Part shown: piece by piece, positions 1-13,359 of the stretch
Layout: the number at the start of each line of letters is the position of its first letter
Numbering within the stretch: the stretch's first letter is position 1
Origin: Raillietiella orientalis
Taxonomy: Eukaryota
Assembly (NCBI GenBank): GCA_036172245.1
Contig: JAYWIR010000024.1
Location: forward strand, 1,488,001-1,552,000
Direction of reading: 5' to 3'
Length of the DNA stretch: 64,000 nt
Notes under the pieces: generated by a model
Told to the model about the DNA's origin: nothing
The model's database searches: none
Seen by the model: the letters and a program-made list of their open reading frames with translations, nothing else
Translations under genes and position numbers: made by a program

Positions 1-250
1 CAGGGAGAAGGTCCCCTCCCAAGCGTAAGAGGAACAAATTGCTTCCTCTGGAACTGGCTGGATTCATGGGGTGCTACCCTCCCGGGTACCCCCCATAACT
101 TGAAGAGTGACACGCACCCTCGGGTGGCGTGGACAGTGTCGAAGAGTTTTGTGAGCCACTCCCCAAGGAGGCGAACAGTTCTTCAGTATTTAGCAAACCC
201 ATCAAAAGTCCTTGGAAAGCAGTCGATTGATGGAATTCGGGTTCGTGGAT
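1..250 (+). mobile_element. 3' part of long SINE-like repeat (family A), cut by the window edge
   Basis: GAAGAGTGACACGCACCCTCGGGTGGCGTGGACAGTG (~102-138) and flanks match the same block at ~19081 (+), ~42329 (+), ~53790 (-) and ~58820 (-). Confidence 0.65.
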
Positions 251-3200
251 GCATTCAGCTTCCTCTCCCGAATGGGTCGTCCTCCAAGCTGCAGGCATCA
301 ATTGGAGACATTCACGGTAACGTCCTCCGAACGCTGCGCTGAGAGGCTTTCGCTCACAGTACTCTGCGACTCGCAGCATCACTTAGTCAACAGCCCATAG
401 CAAGGAGGGACCTTGATTCCAGAAGCTGCAACGCGATCCATCGATTTGCGGGAGTAATTAAATATTATTCTGATGACTGAAATTTTTTGGTGCGCAGGAT
501 TCGAATGGCGGTCCATTAAAGTACGTCGCGTGCTACGTGACGCGACACGCGTTTACCGGAAGCACGAGATGAAAGGGTGCAATCATCCAGCGCTGAGAAA
601 ACCTCCGCGCATGCGCGCACAGGAAACACCTCGTGTCTCTACAGAGAGATGTGCAGGACCTAGGAGTCGTTCCATCTGCTGTCCAAAAGAGGAAGAAGAG
701 AAGGGAAAACCTTTCGAGGGCTCCAGCGATTGCCCGCGTCATTCAATATGGAACACACGCTTCCGTCTTTTTCTCCCCTTCCCCTCCTCCTTCTGCTCGC
801 TTCCTGTCCTTGACAGTACGTGAATTTTGCAATACAGAATCCGAGAATTCCTTGAGAATCCTTCCTTGGGAATTCAGCTCAATTCGATCGTTGACAGAAC
901 GTGCACCTCGCGAGCGCCGGCTGCGGACATTCTGCGTCGGGTTGTTTCCCTGTCTGAAGAGCCCATTCATTGCAAGCAGCTCCGCACTGCATGATCCTGC
1001 CCTTAGGTTTTTACCAAGAGGATAATTCCGGGAATTTCCGACTTTCCACGTAGTCCTCTCGGCGCCGGAATCTTGGGGCTGACGTTAAGGAGAATCACTG
1101 CGTCTCATCGGTACAGTTTGGTACACGCGTTAATGGCTACGGGCTTTTACGCTCGGAGGAAACTTCTGCCGAGTGGCGGCGGGCCGCAATCCCCGGTTCT
1201 GGATTATGAATTCGGGAGATCGAATATGGGAAAAGGGAATGGGCGCGCGCGGATCCAGCCGCGTTTGACGCGGCGGGTCCCGGCCCTCTCTCCCTCTTCT
1301 TGCCTTCCGAGAGAAAAATTGGATCCCGCGTCAACTTCGACCCAGAATGCACTCCGAAGCCGACAGAACGAATCTCTTACACGGGAAGCACTTACTTTCG
1401 ATAAGCAGATGCGCCACGGACCAATTTTACGAGATGCCGTGAGAACTCTTTTCCGTGCGCATCCGCCGTTTGTCACCAGCATCTCACGTTTTCCGATGCG
1501 AAGGAAGTCCGTGTTCTCCGTCAGGAGTTTCCTTCAAGGATGCACAAGGATTCTCTAATCATTTAATGGTCAGATGCATTCAGGAACGAGTGGGATTTTT
1601 TTTTTTTTTCTTTCCTTCCTTTTCCAGGTCTATCGCTTTTCGTTTTCGGAAAAGCTTCCTTCCTTCCTCCCAAGTAATAGAGTAATCATTGCTGATTCAC
1701 CCTTGTCAGTACTGTCAAGGCTGTGTAAGGCTTTTCCTTCAACAAATTCGAAAAAGCCGTTAATTAAATGCGTCCTCAACTCGCCGATTTTTTTGTTTTT
1801 TTGGGGGGGGCTTTTTGTTCTTTTTGTGTTAGCAGCGCAGAAGGGGTGCAGCAATCCAAAAACCAGAGTTACTCTTGTAGAATCAAGACGTCCGCATTCC
1901 CGCTCACTAACCCGGGCCCTGATGATGACTTTCATGGCCACCAACCCCAGTTTTTCCCCATCCTGACGTTTGCACGAGAAGCTTGTCGGACTCTCGCAAT
2001 TAATGGTGATAAATTAAAACTCTATTCATTACGGCTGCCCATCCCATGAAAGGCAAGTAAGAATGAGTCTGAAGATGACCAGGTGAAGTGGAAAAGAGAA
2101 AAAAAGAAAAAAAAAAAGAGCGAATCATCAAGCCACAGATGCTTTTCTCTCTCTCTCTCTTTTTTTTTTTTCTGTCGTTACGGACGGCTCTGAATTGAAA
2201 AATTATCAGATCTCTGGCTCGTTATGTTCCTCTTCAAAGGGGACGAAAGAGGAAGGAAAAAAGCAAAGCAGCATCAAAGATCAAATCGTGAAAACTAGGT
2301 GGCCATGGGGATCGTTCAGCGACTGAGAAGCTCGCAGCCATTTAGGCATGGAGTCCTCACTGGAAAATATCCTTTTTCTCTTTTTTCCTTACTAAATACT
2401 GCAACTGGCACAAATTGATCCACTTCGGGGAGCGCTCCGCGATCGATTTGCCCCAGGCCGGGCAAAACGAAGGGAGGCTCCTTCCACGGGAAAGATCCAC
2501 CCTCTTTCGGATTCACGTGGGAGGATCTTCGAGGTAACGCCTTCGACATTCGGGCGTGGGGAGTTCCCACGCCTCGCCGCCAGGTTCGGTGCGAAGGCGC
2601 CGGCACAACGCTCACCCAGACGGGATCTTGGGAATCAGGGAGAGGTTCCTTGACTCCGGGCTTGCCGCTCTTCCGCTCCCGTGTGCGGCAGATTTACGTG
2701 TCATTCGCAAGGGGCTCGTCCAGAGCCCTCCGGCTTTCTCCAGAAGGTGCGAGCCGACCGCCAGCGTCTTCCGCGCGGTTCCTTTCCGGGGTCGAAGCAG
2801 CGCAGGGATGATGCCATTACGGAGACGTGCCAAGGGGATTGCGATTCGAAGGTTCTTCGATTATTCCTTTTTTCCCAGGGAACACAACGGAAACAGCAGC
2901 AGCAACCCTTCCAGCGTGCAAATCAGCGAAGAAGCGTTCCTCTGGGGCGGCGGAAGTTCCGCAGGGGAGTGAGGCGTTCTGCGCAAGGAAAGGGAAGGAG
3001 GGGATCGGACGGATGGGATGCGTCGTCTCCTTGGAAGCAGCGGCGTGGCCTCATCCGTCTCACCCGACCAGCTCGTGGGTCGCATCAAAATTTTCGCCCG
3101 GATTCACTCGGTTGCGAGGACGACCGCGCTGCACGGAGCCGTAGTGAAAAATGAGGGGAAACCTGCCATATTGGGTGACTGCATCCAGCCCCTTGCATCC

Positions 3201-4122
3201 AGGGATGCTTTCATGTACTCACGTCCGCGGAGGGAAGAAAAAAAAAAAAAAATGCCTGCGTGTTTGCGTGCGTGCGTTTTTTTCCCTTATCGCGAAGAAT
3301 TTTCTGGTGTTTCTCATCGAAAGATGCGGCGCCGCCTGAGAACAAGAACGGTGCACAGCCACCGGAGGGACTGGAGGATAGGGGGGCGGTTGAGCTTCAA
3401 AAACCTTGGGAGCAAGTCCGCAAAGCAACTCTTAACCTCGGTGCCGCCTCGTCGCAGAGGCAACGCGAGCCACTTCGGGCACACCTCCGACGATAACTCA
3501 ACCGGACAGAGCATTTCCGGCTTTCGTTACGCCGAAATCCGCGGATCTCAATTAGCAGTTCCCGTCCACGGAGGAAAAAAGAGAGCAAAAGAAAAGCAGA
3601 AAGCCTGGCGCTTGCCCGGCAAGCCTTTCCCGACCTCAACGTCCTCCGCCGAGACGTCAGCGACGTGCATTGGGGCGGGACGAAAAAGGGGGGACGACCT
3701 TGCGGGGCGAAGAATCGGCCACGTGAAAGAGAACGACGCGTCAGTGGAGACACAGAAAGACACAGATCACGCCGTCGCAACAGACCCAAGAGAGAAACGC
3801 GGACCACACTGCGTAGAGCGTCGCTGGCAACTCTGACGACGGGTGCCAGCCCGGATGCAGCAGCTGCGGAAGGGAGCCCACGTCCACCTGGCGGGGTGTG
3901 GATTGCTCGTCGGCAGTGAGCCGCGGATGAACTGCAAGCATGGCCGCAGCTTCAACGTTCCTCTGGATGGGCTGGACGACGCGGCACGCGGCTCCCCCGA
4001 CACGAAACCTCCCTCCCTCCAGCTGGAAGAGTGGCCATCGGTCGAGACGGTCGGGCAGGCGTTGGCGCCGCGAACTGCGGAGGGCGCACGCAAACGTCCC
4101 TGCGGACGGGCGGATGAGCCCC

Positions 4123-4493
4123 GCGAAGTGCCGTGGTACCTCGGTACTCGTCGACGGCTCGTTCCGGAACTCGTGACGAGTGCCGAGATCGACGAGTACC
4201 GAACGAGTCCCTTTCTAGGCTTCGTGGTATCATCTTTAACCATCTTAGGACCCACGACAAACGCTTAAAATGCACAGAAAGCACGCAAAAGGGGAACCAT
4301 CTGGGAGGAGGCACTCTGCGGAAGTGTTCGGCACCGTTCGCGAGCTACCAGGAGACGAAAGAGTTGGCTCGTTTCATCACGAGAGTGGGGTGTCGAGTTC
4401 CGAGCATCGAGTTTCTTCTCATCAAAATGCGACGAGTACTGAGTTCGACGAGTTCCGACACCGCCGAGTACCGAGGTACACTTGTACTCTTCG
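4123..4493. mobile_element. MITE-like element with terminal inverted repeats and multiple subterminal CGAGTAC/CGAGTTCCG motifs
   Basis: GTACCTCGGTACTCG (4136-4150) is the exact reverse complement of CGAGTACCGAGGTAC (4465-4479), and the inverted similarity extends imperfectly on both sides. Short ACGAGT-type motifs repeat internally. No target-site duplication identified. Confidence 0.5.
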
Positions 4494-7400
4494 CTTCCGC
4501 TGGCATCCTCCTCCCTCGTCCGGGATCCGAAAGGCGTGGAAGCGTGACCTGGGCGGATGCCACCACCCTCTGAGGCCGCCCTTACGTTCGCAGCCACGGG
4601 GCGGGGGCGCAAGCACGACACGCTCTTGCACGCCGGCACGTCGTGGTTCCACCAAGTTTCCCTCCTCACTTCCGGCGTGCACTCGTGATGCTTAGTAGCA
4701 AGTAAGGGTTATTCGTTATGCAAATGAGTATTGAATGGGTGGATCGGCAACGGAATAGGTCTTCGGTGGGGAGAGGGGGGGCTGACGTGAGAAACAAATT
4801 GCGAGTGGGCAGCTTTCCGCAGTGGAGAGCGGATTCTTGGGCACGCAAGAAACTGCCAGCAGCAACAACGTGCTTGGACCCCGCCGTTCCCTGGGCTGAA
4901 ACCACACGCGCGTTCCCTGCGACGGCTGCACTGCTGGCTGCTGGCCAAGGACCCCGGATTGATGACGGGAGAGGAGAAAATGCTTGGGCGCGAAGGTCGT
5001 GCGGCCCGCCGAAAAGCGGCAATTCCCGATTGAAGGATCGTCAGAGGAGGGACGGGGACCGGGAGGGATGCGCAGTTCGTACCGGCTGAAGCGCCCGCCG
5101 CGCATCCTCAACGGATTGCTCCCGAGGTTCGCGCATCCGCCCCCGCTGTCAGACTAGCCGGAAAGAAAACGAAAAAAAAAAAACAAAAACAAAAAGGACA
5201 GAGAAGCCGCCCAACCGGCGAATGCCTCGTACCTTGCTCAGGGCGACTCGCTTCATGGTAAAGACTGCCTCCACAGGTCAGCGGCTGGTCATAATTGGAG
5301 AGCAGGCAGACGACGACGGAGGTTTTTTTTTCTTTTTTTTTTTTTTTTTTTTTTCTCAGACGCAGAGCGAAGGCCGCCGCCTCATCCGAGTCACGAGCGA
5401 TGATGAACCACACGAAGCACCGCCCTCGCTCAATGTGCAGGAGGGTCGTTCGCCGCGGCGGATCTTTAAGGGAACCCCCGCGCATGCGCGGTGCCGCCGG
5501 GACGGAAGACAAAAGGAATTGCGCGCAGCTGGCGGTGTCCATTAGGGGGTCGTTTCCGCCGCCGCCGCTGCCGTGGTCGTCGTCGTCGTATCCGGCTGCC
5601 GGGCGATCGAGCAGATGGGGGCAAGGCAGCGAGGGCTAGGGCCCGCTCTCCGGGGGAAACGGACGTCGGCACGGCGCTCAACTTTTTTTTTTTTTTTTTA
5701 AAAAGAGAAGAAATTTAAGAGAAAAAAAAAAAAAAGGAAGGAGAAGAGGGAGTCTGAAATCGAACCAACCTGCCGTTGAAACCTTTATTTGGCACCGCGC
5801 GGAGCCGCTGGCCGATCGGCTCTGGCTCTCGCCTGGGTGGGAGAGTCGTTCCGGCGCCATCTGGAAGCCGAACGGGCAGAAAGCATCGGCGGAAGAGCAT
5901 TCGCATGCTCCTGCCGCCGCCGCCGCAGCAGCGGTCCTGTTCTTCAGTCAGGAGGAGGACGGGAAGACAACAACAACAACAAAAGAAAAAAAAAATTCAT
6001 GGAAGTGACGACGGTCGCCTCAGCAGCCTCTCTCTGCTTTGCTCTTTTGTGTATGCGCGCCGCCTCCTCGCAGCTTTTCGAGGCGCCCCACCCCTTCAGG
6101 AGGAAACAAAGAGTTCTCGTGGGGGGGGGGGGGTCGCCCGAGCAGGCGCTGCTGCAGGTCCCGCCTCCCCTCCTCTGGACCAGCAGGAGCGGTCCCATAG
6201 GCAGGCGTTCCGCCGAGGACACTTCCTCCTACCCACCCCTCGTCCTTCGACTAAGCCTCCAGTGGGCCTTTTCTCCGGCGCTGCCCACTTCCGGGTCAGC
6301 TCCGGCCTGCCCGGACGTGGGAGCGAGGCCGCATCCCGCATGCAGCGCCCCCCTGTTTCACGAGCGGCTTCCGGTCTTCCATCCCCGGCGTTGGGAAGAC
6401 ATCGCCTGTATATGTGTGTGGGGGGTGGGGGGAAGATGGCTGCGGTCGGCCAGCGAGCCTCCGAGATTTCCATGGGAACTGACTCGCTGGATATCGATCC
6501 GGATCAGCTGGCATGCAGCATGCCCGACCTTTCCGCGTCCGCGCTGTCAGGCACTCCCTTGTTTGGGGAGCATCCCGATCGGGGGACGACCACGTCCCAC
6601 GTGGGGCCGAGCCGGCCCTCGCATGCAGGGCAGCCGAGCCACGCCCACAACGGGAGGTGTGCAGCAGCGCGCGCTGTCGAGCACTGAGCGCGCCCTGCAT
6701 GTCCCGCCAGTGGGCGCAACCACCACCGGTCAGAAAGGGTGGACTGAGACCAGCAGGCGGTGCGGGGGCAGGTGGAGGGCGAGATGCAGAGGGTACGTCG
6801 ATTGAGTCTCTCTTCTTGTTCCTTCCGGGATCTCCTGACCTCTGCCATGGCGAAGGGAAATGTTCGGGAGTCTTCCCGGAGGGCTCTGCCCTCCGGGAAG
6901 GCGGAAGATGGAGACCCTGAGCCAGGGACCGCCGTCTTCGGCCGTGAAGGCATTACGATGATGCCTGCGAAGAAGAGCGGAGTGCCGCATGCGACCTTCG
7001 GATGCGCGCAGCGTTGCGCCGTCGCACACCTCCCGCCACCTGCGCGAACGGTCTTCTACTCTTCTCCTGGCAGCTCCAGAAGGGGAGAGACTTAGCCTGG
7101 AGGCATGCTGGAGGCGGGAGTCGAGGAACAGGTAGACCTCTTCCCCACTTTCCGACGGTAAGGAAGCCTGGGACCCGGTGGGGTCCAGCGCTTAAGACAA
7201 GATGCCTGTTCAGCACCCTCTATCAGGGAGGCCGTGCCATGCCACGCCGCTCAACAAGGATGGAGGTTGAAGAGATAGGGGAGGGGGGGAAGGACAGGAA
7301 CTACCCATTTGCAGGCTGGAATGCTTGGTCCTGACCCGAGCAGATGCTCTGCCTTTGGGAATGGAGTCTAGCCGCTATTTCTTGGAAATACCTCGTGGGG

Positions 7401-8369
7401 GGGAAGGGAGGAGATCTCCGGAAGGATGTGCAGGTGCAGATACGGATGGCGCTTTGGATGACCAAGGTGCACCTGACCACGACGAGATCAGAGGACACCT
7501 TCGAGGAGTCTTTCAGCACCTTCGGTGCAAACTGGCCGCAAGAGCTGGGTGCAGGGGCGAAAGACGAACCGGACCTTCTAGCATCTGTTTCTCCCCCAAC
7601 ATCCCTCCCTTCCTCCTTCTTCTCCTCCCGGCCTTCCAGCATCCTTGCTATCCAGCTTGGCACTTCCTAGTTGAACAGCATCCCGATCAGGGAGGGCGGC
7701 GTCCTCCAAGACGTATCCTACACCCACGAGAGCCCATGCAATCTCGGGACACCTTCCGGCGCTGCTTTCCAGCAGCGTCTAGCTGCTCCCAGCCCCCCAC
7801 GCCCCACGCGCAGTCGTCAGCAAAAGAAGGTCGCCCGCTTGGAAGACGCACGTTGTGAAGCGATGCTGGGTGCAGCGCGTTGCCAAGCACCGCGCGCCCC
7901 GCATGCTGCCGGAAGGCAGGCACCACCGGCCAGAGGGTGGATCGAGTTCGACAGGCGGTGCGACCCGGGTGGACGGTCCCGACGGGAACCTCCAGCAGAA
8001 GGAAAGGACCATCGTCCTTGGAGCTCGCTGTCCCTCCGAAGGACGGACGCCAAGGGAAGGAGAGCCGACACCGCACGGGAGGACGCACACGAGGACGAGC
8101 GTGGTCGCCTCTCCCGGTCACGGAGGGACCCGAGAGACGGGTCCGCTCCACCACAAACCGCTCGCCCGGATGCAGACTGCAGGAGGCGTGCGCCTCCCGC
8201 GGTCGTTTGGACGGTTCACCGACGCTCAGGAACGGTTGCTAGAGCCGTCCAGAGAGGGAGGGAGGAAAGGGAGCAAGAAACAAAGGACGAGTGGGGACAG
8301 GGGTCTTTCGCATCTGCCGCTGCTTTCTCGTCCGAACTGGCTCAGGATGCAGGCCACCTAGCAGCAGTC

Positions 8370-9400
8370 GTCCCCGTGAAGCACGTCTGCCATGTGCGTG
8401 ACCTCCCCTTCGCTTCTCCTCCACGTCTCTACCACGTGGCGGGCTGTGACGACGGCGCGGAGGCAACGGGTCGCTCCAAGAGCCCGCCATTCGCGAACTG
8501 CCGCGACAGGTCCCCGGTGGTGTCTCCTCCTGGTGCAGCATTCGGAAGCCAGCCTCTGCCGCAGTTCCTGGGGAACGCTTCAGTCCGAAAACGTCGGATC
8601 GTCCAGCGCCTGAGGCAGCTCGTGGAGGTGACTCACCAGGAGGCGAGGCGCCGGCGCCGGTTGCACGGAAGCCTCTCAGCACAGAAGCAGCATCACCTTG
8701 TGCTCTCATCTCGGTGGGAACACCGAGGTGTGCGAACACAAAGGGAGATCCGCATCCTTTTTTTTCTCCTGATGTTCCAGCATGCGGCCGATAGTGAGGC
8801 CACGTTGGCGTGCGTGCGTGCGTGAGCTTCCCGCGGCTCATCTCGCCAAGAGACCCCTGGAAGCGTGCCGCATGCGATGGCGACCGTCCTGGAACACATC
8901 TGGCGCTTCCAAGGGGCGCACGCGACCTTGAGATTTCGGAGGCTCGGCATCCAAAGTACCAACCAAATCACGGATGTTCTCCTCGAGAGTGTTGCTACTG
9001 TCTTCCTTCTTTCTTTCCTTTAGTGCTGCATTGTTTTCCGAGGCGGTGACCGGAAGGAGCGTCCCACTTCCGGGTGCGTCCCGGGCGACGTTGCACTGGA
9101 GTACAGCGGTCACTCCCACAAAGTCCCGCACCGAGAGAGCCTTCCCGAGGAAGGATGATGCTGCGCGAGAGAACTGGGTCAGGAGCATGGTCTCCAGAGA
9201 CCCTCCCACGCGGCACAGGGAAGCCTGCGAATCGACACTGGGAATGCAGGCGCCCTACCTGAGGCGGCCCTTCTTACCGTTCTCGCTGACTTCACTCGCG
9301 TTGACTCGGTAGCTGCGCCACCGGTGGGGAGTCCCATCCTTTCGATGGCGCCGTGCCTCCCCTGAACAGTGTTGACTCTCGACCCCTTCCCTTCTTCGGA
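8370..9400 (+). mobile_element. Highly decayed non-LTR retrotransposon ORF2 fragment (linker and RT N-terminal half)
   Basis: ~8595-8740 (CGGATCGTCCAGCGCCTGAGGCAGCTCGTGGAGG...GAACACCGAGGT) matches ~45735-45880 on the minus strand. Weak RT-like remnants occur downstream (RAFPR/GRMML near 9135). The repeat nature is clear; the RT assignment is inference. Confidence 0.4.
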
Positions 9401-11696
9401 GTTATCCTAAGCACGTTTCTCCTGACTATTCCTGCTCCCCCGCACTCTGGGACGCACATCTCGGCATTGAACAGGCTGTCTCGGAGGACAGCCCGTTCAA
9501 TGTATACGAACAGTCCCCTGGAGCTGGGGACGAGATGGTCTTTGAGGAAACGAGGCGGCTACAGGAATCGAGGTCCCCAAGGGGGAGGGAGGGGATAGGA
9601 GACGCATTAGTCGCAAGCCGTTCACATGCAAGGAGCGATGACGTCGGCGAGGATTCCGCCCGGCACGGCAGGCAGCGGTCATCCCCCCGACGGTATCCCC
9701 CTCTCAGCATCCACTCTCTCCAGGGCGTTCTCCTGGCGGGGCTGGAAGCCCGCATTCGCGCACGAGTGCAAATGCGGGGCAGCTCAGTGGGCACCCATGT
9801 GACAACGGCCCCCGAAGCCACTGAGGACACCGCCGAATGTTCCCGCGCGCCCACGAGGAGCGGTGCGGAGCTCCCGAGGAGGCGAATGAGGTCAGGAAAT
9901 TAGAATCCCATCGCTAAGAGATGCAGTCATCGAAAGCTTCTCCCCCACTTAACCGGAGAGAGCGAGCGGCGCCGGGGGTAGAACCTCCGGCCATCTTGCA
10001 GCGGGGGTCGACCCCGCCCGGACCGGGTGTTCCGCGGAAGAGAGTGGTGCCGCCAACGCGTCCGGCGTTTGCGCCCGCCCGCCGGAGAGAACTCGGCGAC
10101 GGTGCTGCAGGAAGTCCGACGGACGAAAGACGGCGGTGGCCAAGCTTCTCCCTCCCTCTACCAGAAGGGAGCCGGAAGCCGCGGAGCCCGGGAAGGGCAC
10201 GGAGAGGGGGAGGCGGGACGCATCGACAAGCAGCGCAGCCCGACGACGTCCTCGTCGGATGGCTGGAGGGCGGAAGCTGCGGAGCATCTCCTCCTGCATC
10301 CCTCAGCACGCATGGCGCGCACGCGCCCAGATCGGGCAGCGGCCGAGGAGAAAGCGGCAGCTGCGCCAATCGGAAGGGCCCCTCCCTCCGGCGAGCCCGC
10401 CGTCTCGGAGCCGCCAGCCTTCGCGCCAGGCGTCTCTTCCGATGGTCAGCGGGTCGCCTCGCCCTTGCGTGAGGAGCGGCCCTGCGGTTTGTCTCTTCGG
10501 CGCTGCAAGGGCACTGCGCCGGAGGCTGCGGGAAGGCGTCTGCCGGCGTGGTCATCGGTCATGTACGTCGGAAGCCCGCAATTCTGGAGGCGATGGTCTT
10601 ACGAGGGAATATTCCGACCCGATAGTCCGATATCCCTCCCAGAGGGCGAGAGAGGGAGCCTCTTAAAGAAGCCGTGCAGACGATTCGCATGGAAGCAAAG
10701 AAGAGGGGCAAGGAGGACCGAGGGCTTTTCCGGTCCTCGGGGAGCCAGGTCTCCTCTTCCTCCCTTCCTCTTCCTCGTTCTTTCGTCCCTAGTCCCTGCC
10801 TCCTTTGGTTGCTCGCATCCACTGACGCTCCCTCAGTGGTTCCGTAATGGTGATGACGGACCAGGAATGCTGCCACCCTATCCCAATTCTCCATCCGAGA
10901 CTGAGGAAGAGGCGACGAGTAGGTCACCCACTTTCGGGAGCCTCTGCCTCTTTTCCCGCTGCCCCTGCCCTCCAGCGTCCGCTGGGACTTTGGGGAGGAT
11001 TCCGTCGAATCCGACGCCTACGCGCAGCCTTTGTCTCACCGAGGTGCGTCCGAGGTTGGCTCCCGAGGATGGAAAAACCGGGACGAAAGGCAGGAAGGCA
11101 ACCCTTGCTCGGGCTCGCGTTCCGACGACAGCCCTCGCCGCTTACCTGCGGGTTTTTTCTGCCCTTTCCATTTGAAAGGGGAATCAAGGAAGAGGGATGG
11201 GGATGAACTTTGCCTTCCGGGAGCAGGTTGCATGGACCCAGAGTCCTGGGGAAGGAGCACAGAAGCGCCGACGTCCTTGGAAATGTTGTAAGCGTGAAAA
11301 TAAACATGAAAAATGGCATGAGTACGGCTCTGACAGACCGGAAAGGGCCGCAAGATGATGACACCACCACTCCCGAAGGGAGGGGACCTTCATAAGATCG
11401 GCAACTGGCATCCCATCACGGTTGCGAATGCGGACGCGAAGTTGGTTGCCAAGCAGTGGGAGGAGCAACTGGGACGGGTGGCCGAATGCGTGACCAGTCC
11501 GGAGCAGGCGTACTCTTCCTGAGCGATCCACGGAGGCCAACCTGTTCCTCTCCAGCACATGGTGGCAGCTGCGACAGTGCGATGCACCGACGAGTCAAGG
11601 GAATCCTGGATTCTCCTCTGACCGGAGACGGGAAGGTCAAAGAGGAACGGGAGCGTCAGGAGCCCTTGTAGTCGCAGTCGATTTGCATAAAGCTTT

Positions 11697-13355
11697 CGAT
11701 TTTCACCCGGATTTCTCCGGGTCGTTTATTTAAAAATAAACTTTACAGTAAGTGGCTGCAGCAATGCTGCAGTCAAGCACGAAGAACCACGGAGCCTGCC
11801 AGGTCACCGGTTCGCAGACCGGTACGGTCGACCAAGGCAGCAGGGGAAGGGGGAAGAACAAAAGACTAAACAAGAAGAAAAAAAGAGTGGGAGGGTACGG
11901 GAAAGGATCACTGTTGCTGCTGGGGCAGCATCATCCTTCTCAGGATGCCGGCAAGCTCTTCCTTTATTTGCGGATCCAGGTGGGGCCATCTCGACGCCCT
12001 CCTCAGGAATTGGGCGGCGCCTTGGATGGCACCCTGGTCTCTTGGTCCTCCCGTAGCCTTGCTCCAGGCGGCGACGATCCCGCGGAGACAGCAGAAGGCT
12101 GCTATCGAGGCCGCTGGCCGAAGGGCTCGGCAACGAAGAGGGCTTTCAAAGCGTCCCTGGGGTTGCCGCAGGGGATTCCGCTGGACGCGGCAAAGCGGAA
12201 CCAAAGGGGCCGAAGGGCAACACAATCCACTAGGAGGTGGGGAAGGGACTCCCGTTCCCTACACCTAACACAATTGAGATCCACCGCTCCCCAGGTCCAG
12301 TGGTGTCGGCGGGCGTTGCAGGGGAGTCCCCAGTGCTGCAACAGGAGTGCCGACTCCTGCCATTTTAACGGGAGGGTAGAGGTGTTCATTAGTACCGGGG
12401 CCACTTCAGACGTTCAATCGGAAAATTGAGCAGCGCGCCCCAGCGCAGAAGTCCATTGGGAGGCGTACTCGGGGTCGCAGCGTCGATTAACTGGCCCGTC
12501 TTCCACTTTCCCTGCTTCTTCTCCTTTCCGGAGATTATCATGTTAACCTCCCACTTCGCCGCAAGATCGCTGCCCAGATCTTCCCTTAGGAGGTCCAGCG
12601 CAGCAGCAAGGAGGATTCTTCCTGACCACGTTCTCTTCTTGGGATCCTCCAGGGTCTCTCGGAGCGTGCAACTTCTGTAGCGCCCGAACAGGAACCGTCG
12701 TTCCTGTACGTCGCGTTGCATGCCGCTCTGTGCCCACGTGAGAACGGTTTCCTGCAACCAGGCACTACCGTTTGCAGGGCGACAGGTGATCCATCCTTGG
12801 TTTTTCCGAACCAAGGCAGCCACCCTCCGCAGCTGTAGCCCACATCGTTTGATGTGGGAGCGATGGAGTGATAGGAAGGAAGGAAGTCCCATCTTCTCGG
12901 TGGCTTCCTTGACGAGGAGACGTGTAGGGACGCACCAGCAGGTGCACCACAACTCCGGCACAATAGCCATTAAACGGAACTGGAGCTGAAGCTCCAGCCG
13001 CTCCAATGTCAGGAGGCCGAGACCGCCGTCCTGACGCGGAGCGCACAAGTCCTTCAAGCGGACTCGGTCCCTGTCGTTGCCCCAAAGGGCGATACGGAGG
13101 AGGTCCTTCGTCCGCTTTTTTATCCTCTCTGTGGGGGGGAAAACAAAAAGCAGGAAACGGAGGAGAGGAGCCGCGAACGTGTTCCAAACCGCGGCCCGTT
13201 CAGGCAGGAAAAACCTGCCGCCTCGGAACGGGACGATCGCCGTCTCTACTTTTTGGAGGCAGCCGGACCACGCTTCCGCAGGGGAGTAGTCCCCCAACGG
13301 CACAACAAGGTACTTGTACCTCACCGTGGGGATCCCCAAACGGACCCAGTCCTGC
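11697..13355 (-). mobile_element. Decayed, 5'-truncated L1/Tx1-like non-LTR retrotransposon (RT C-terminus, zinc-binding domain, 3' UTR)
   Basis: ORF 12389-13471(-) carries KYLVVPLG, WNTFAAPLL and LWG...RVRLKDLCAPRQDGGLGL. The next frame carries the CCHC-like CVRCRERESLPHLLVDC. It ends in AATAAA plus a hairpin at ~11730-11697. Frameshifted. Confidence 0.85.
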
Positions 13356-13359
13356 TGCA

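Noticed and set aside
5776..11175. Long ORFs of 300-384 aa (5776, 5789, 7671, 10027)
   Set aside because: Arg/Pro/Gly-rich open frames overlap on both strands, as expected in GC-rich DNA. There are no recognisable domains, and part of the region is a decayed repeat.
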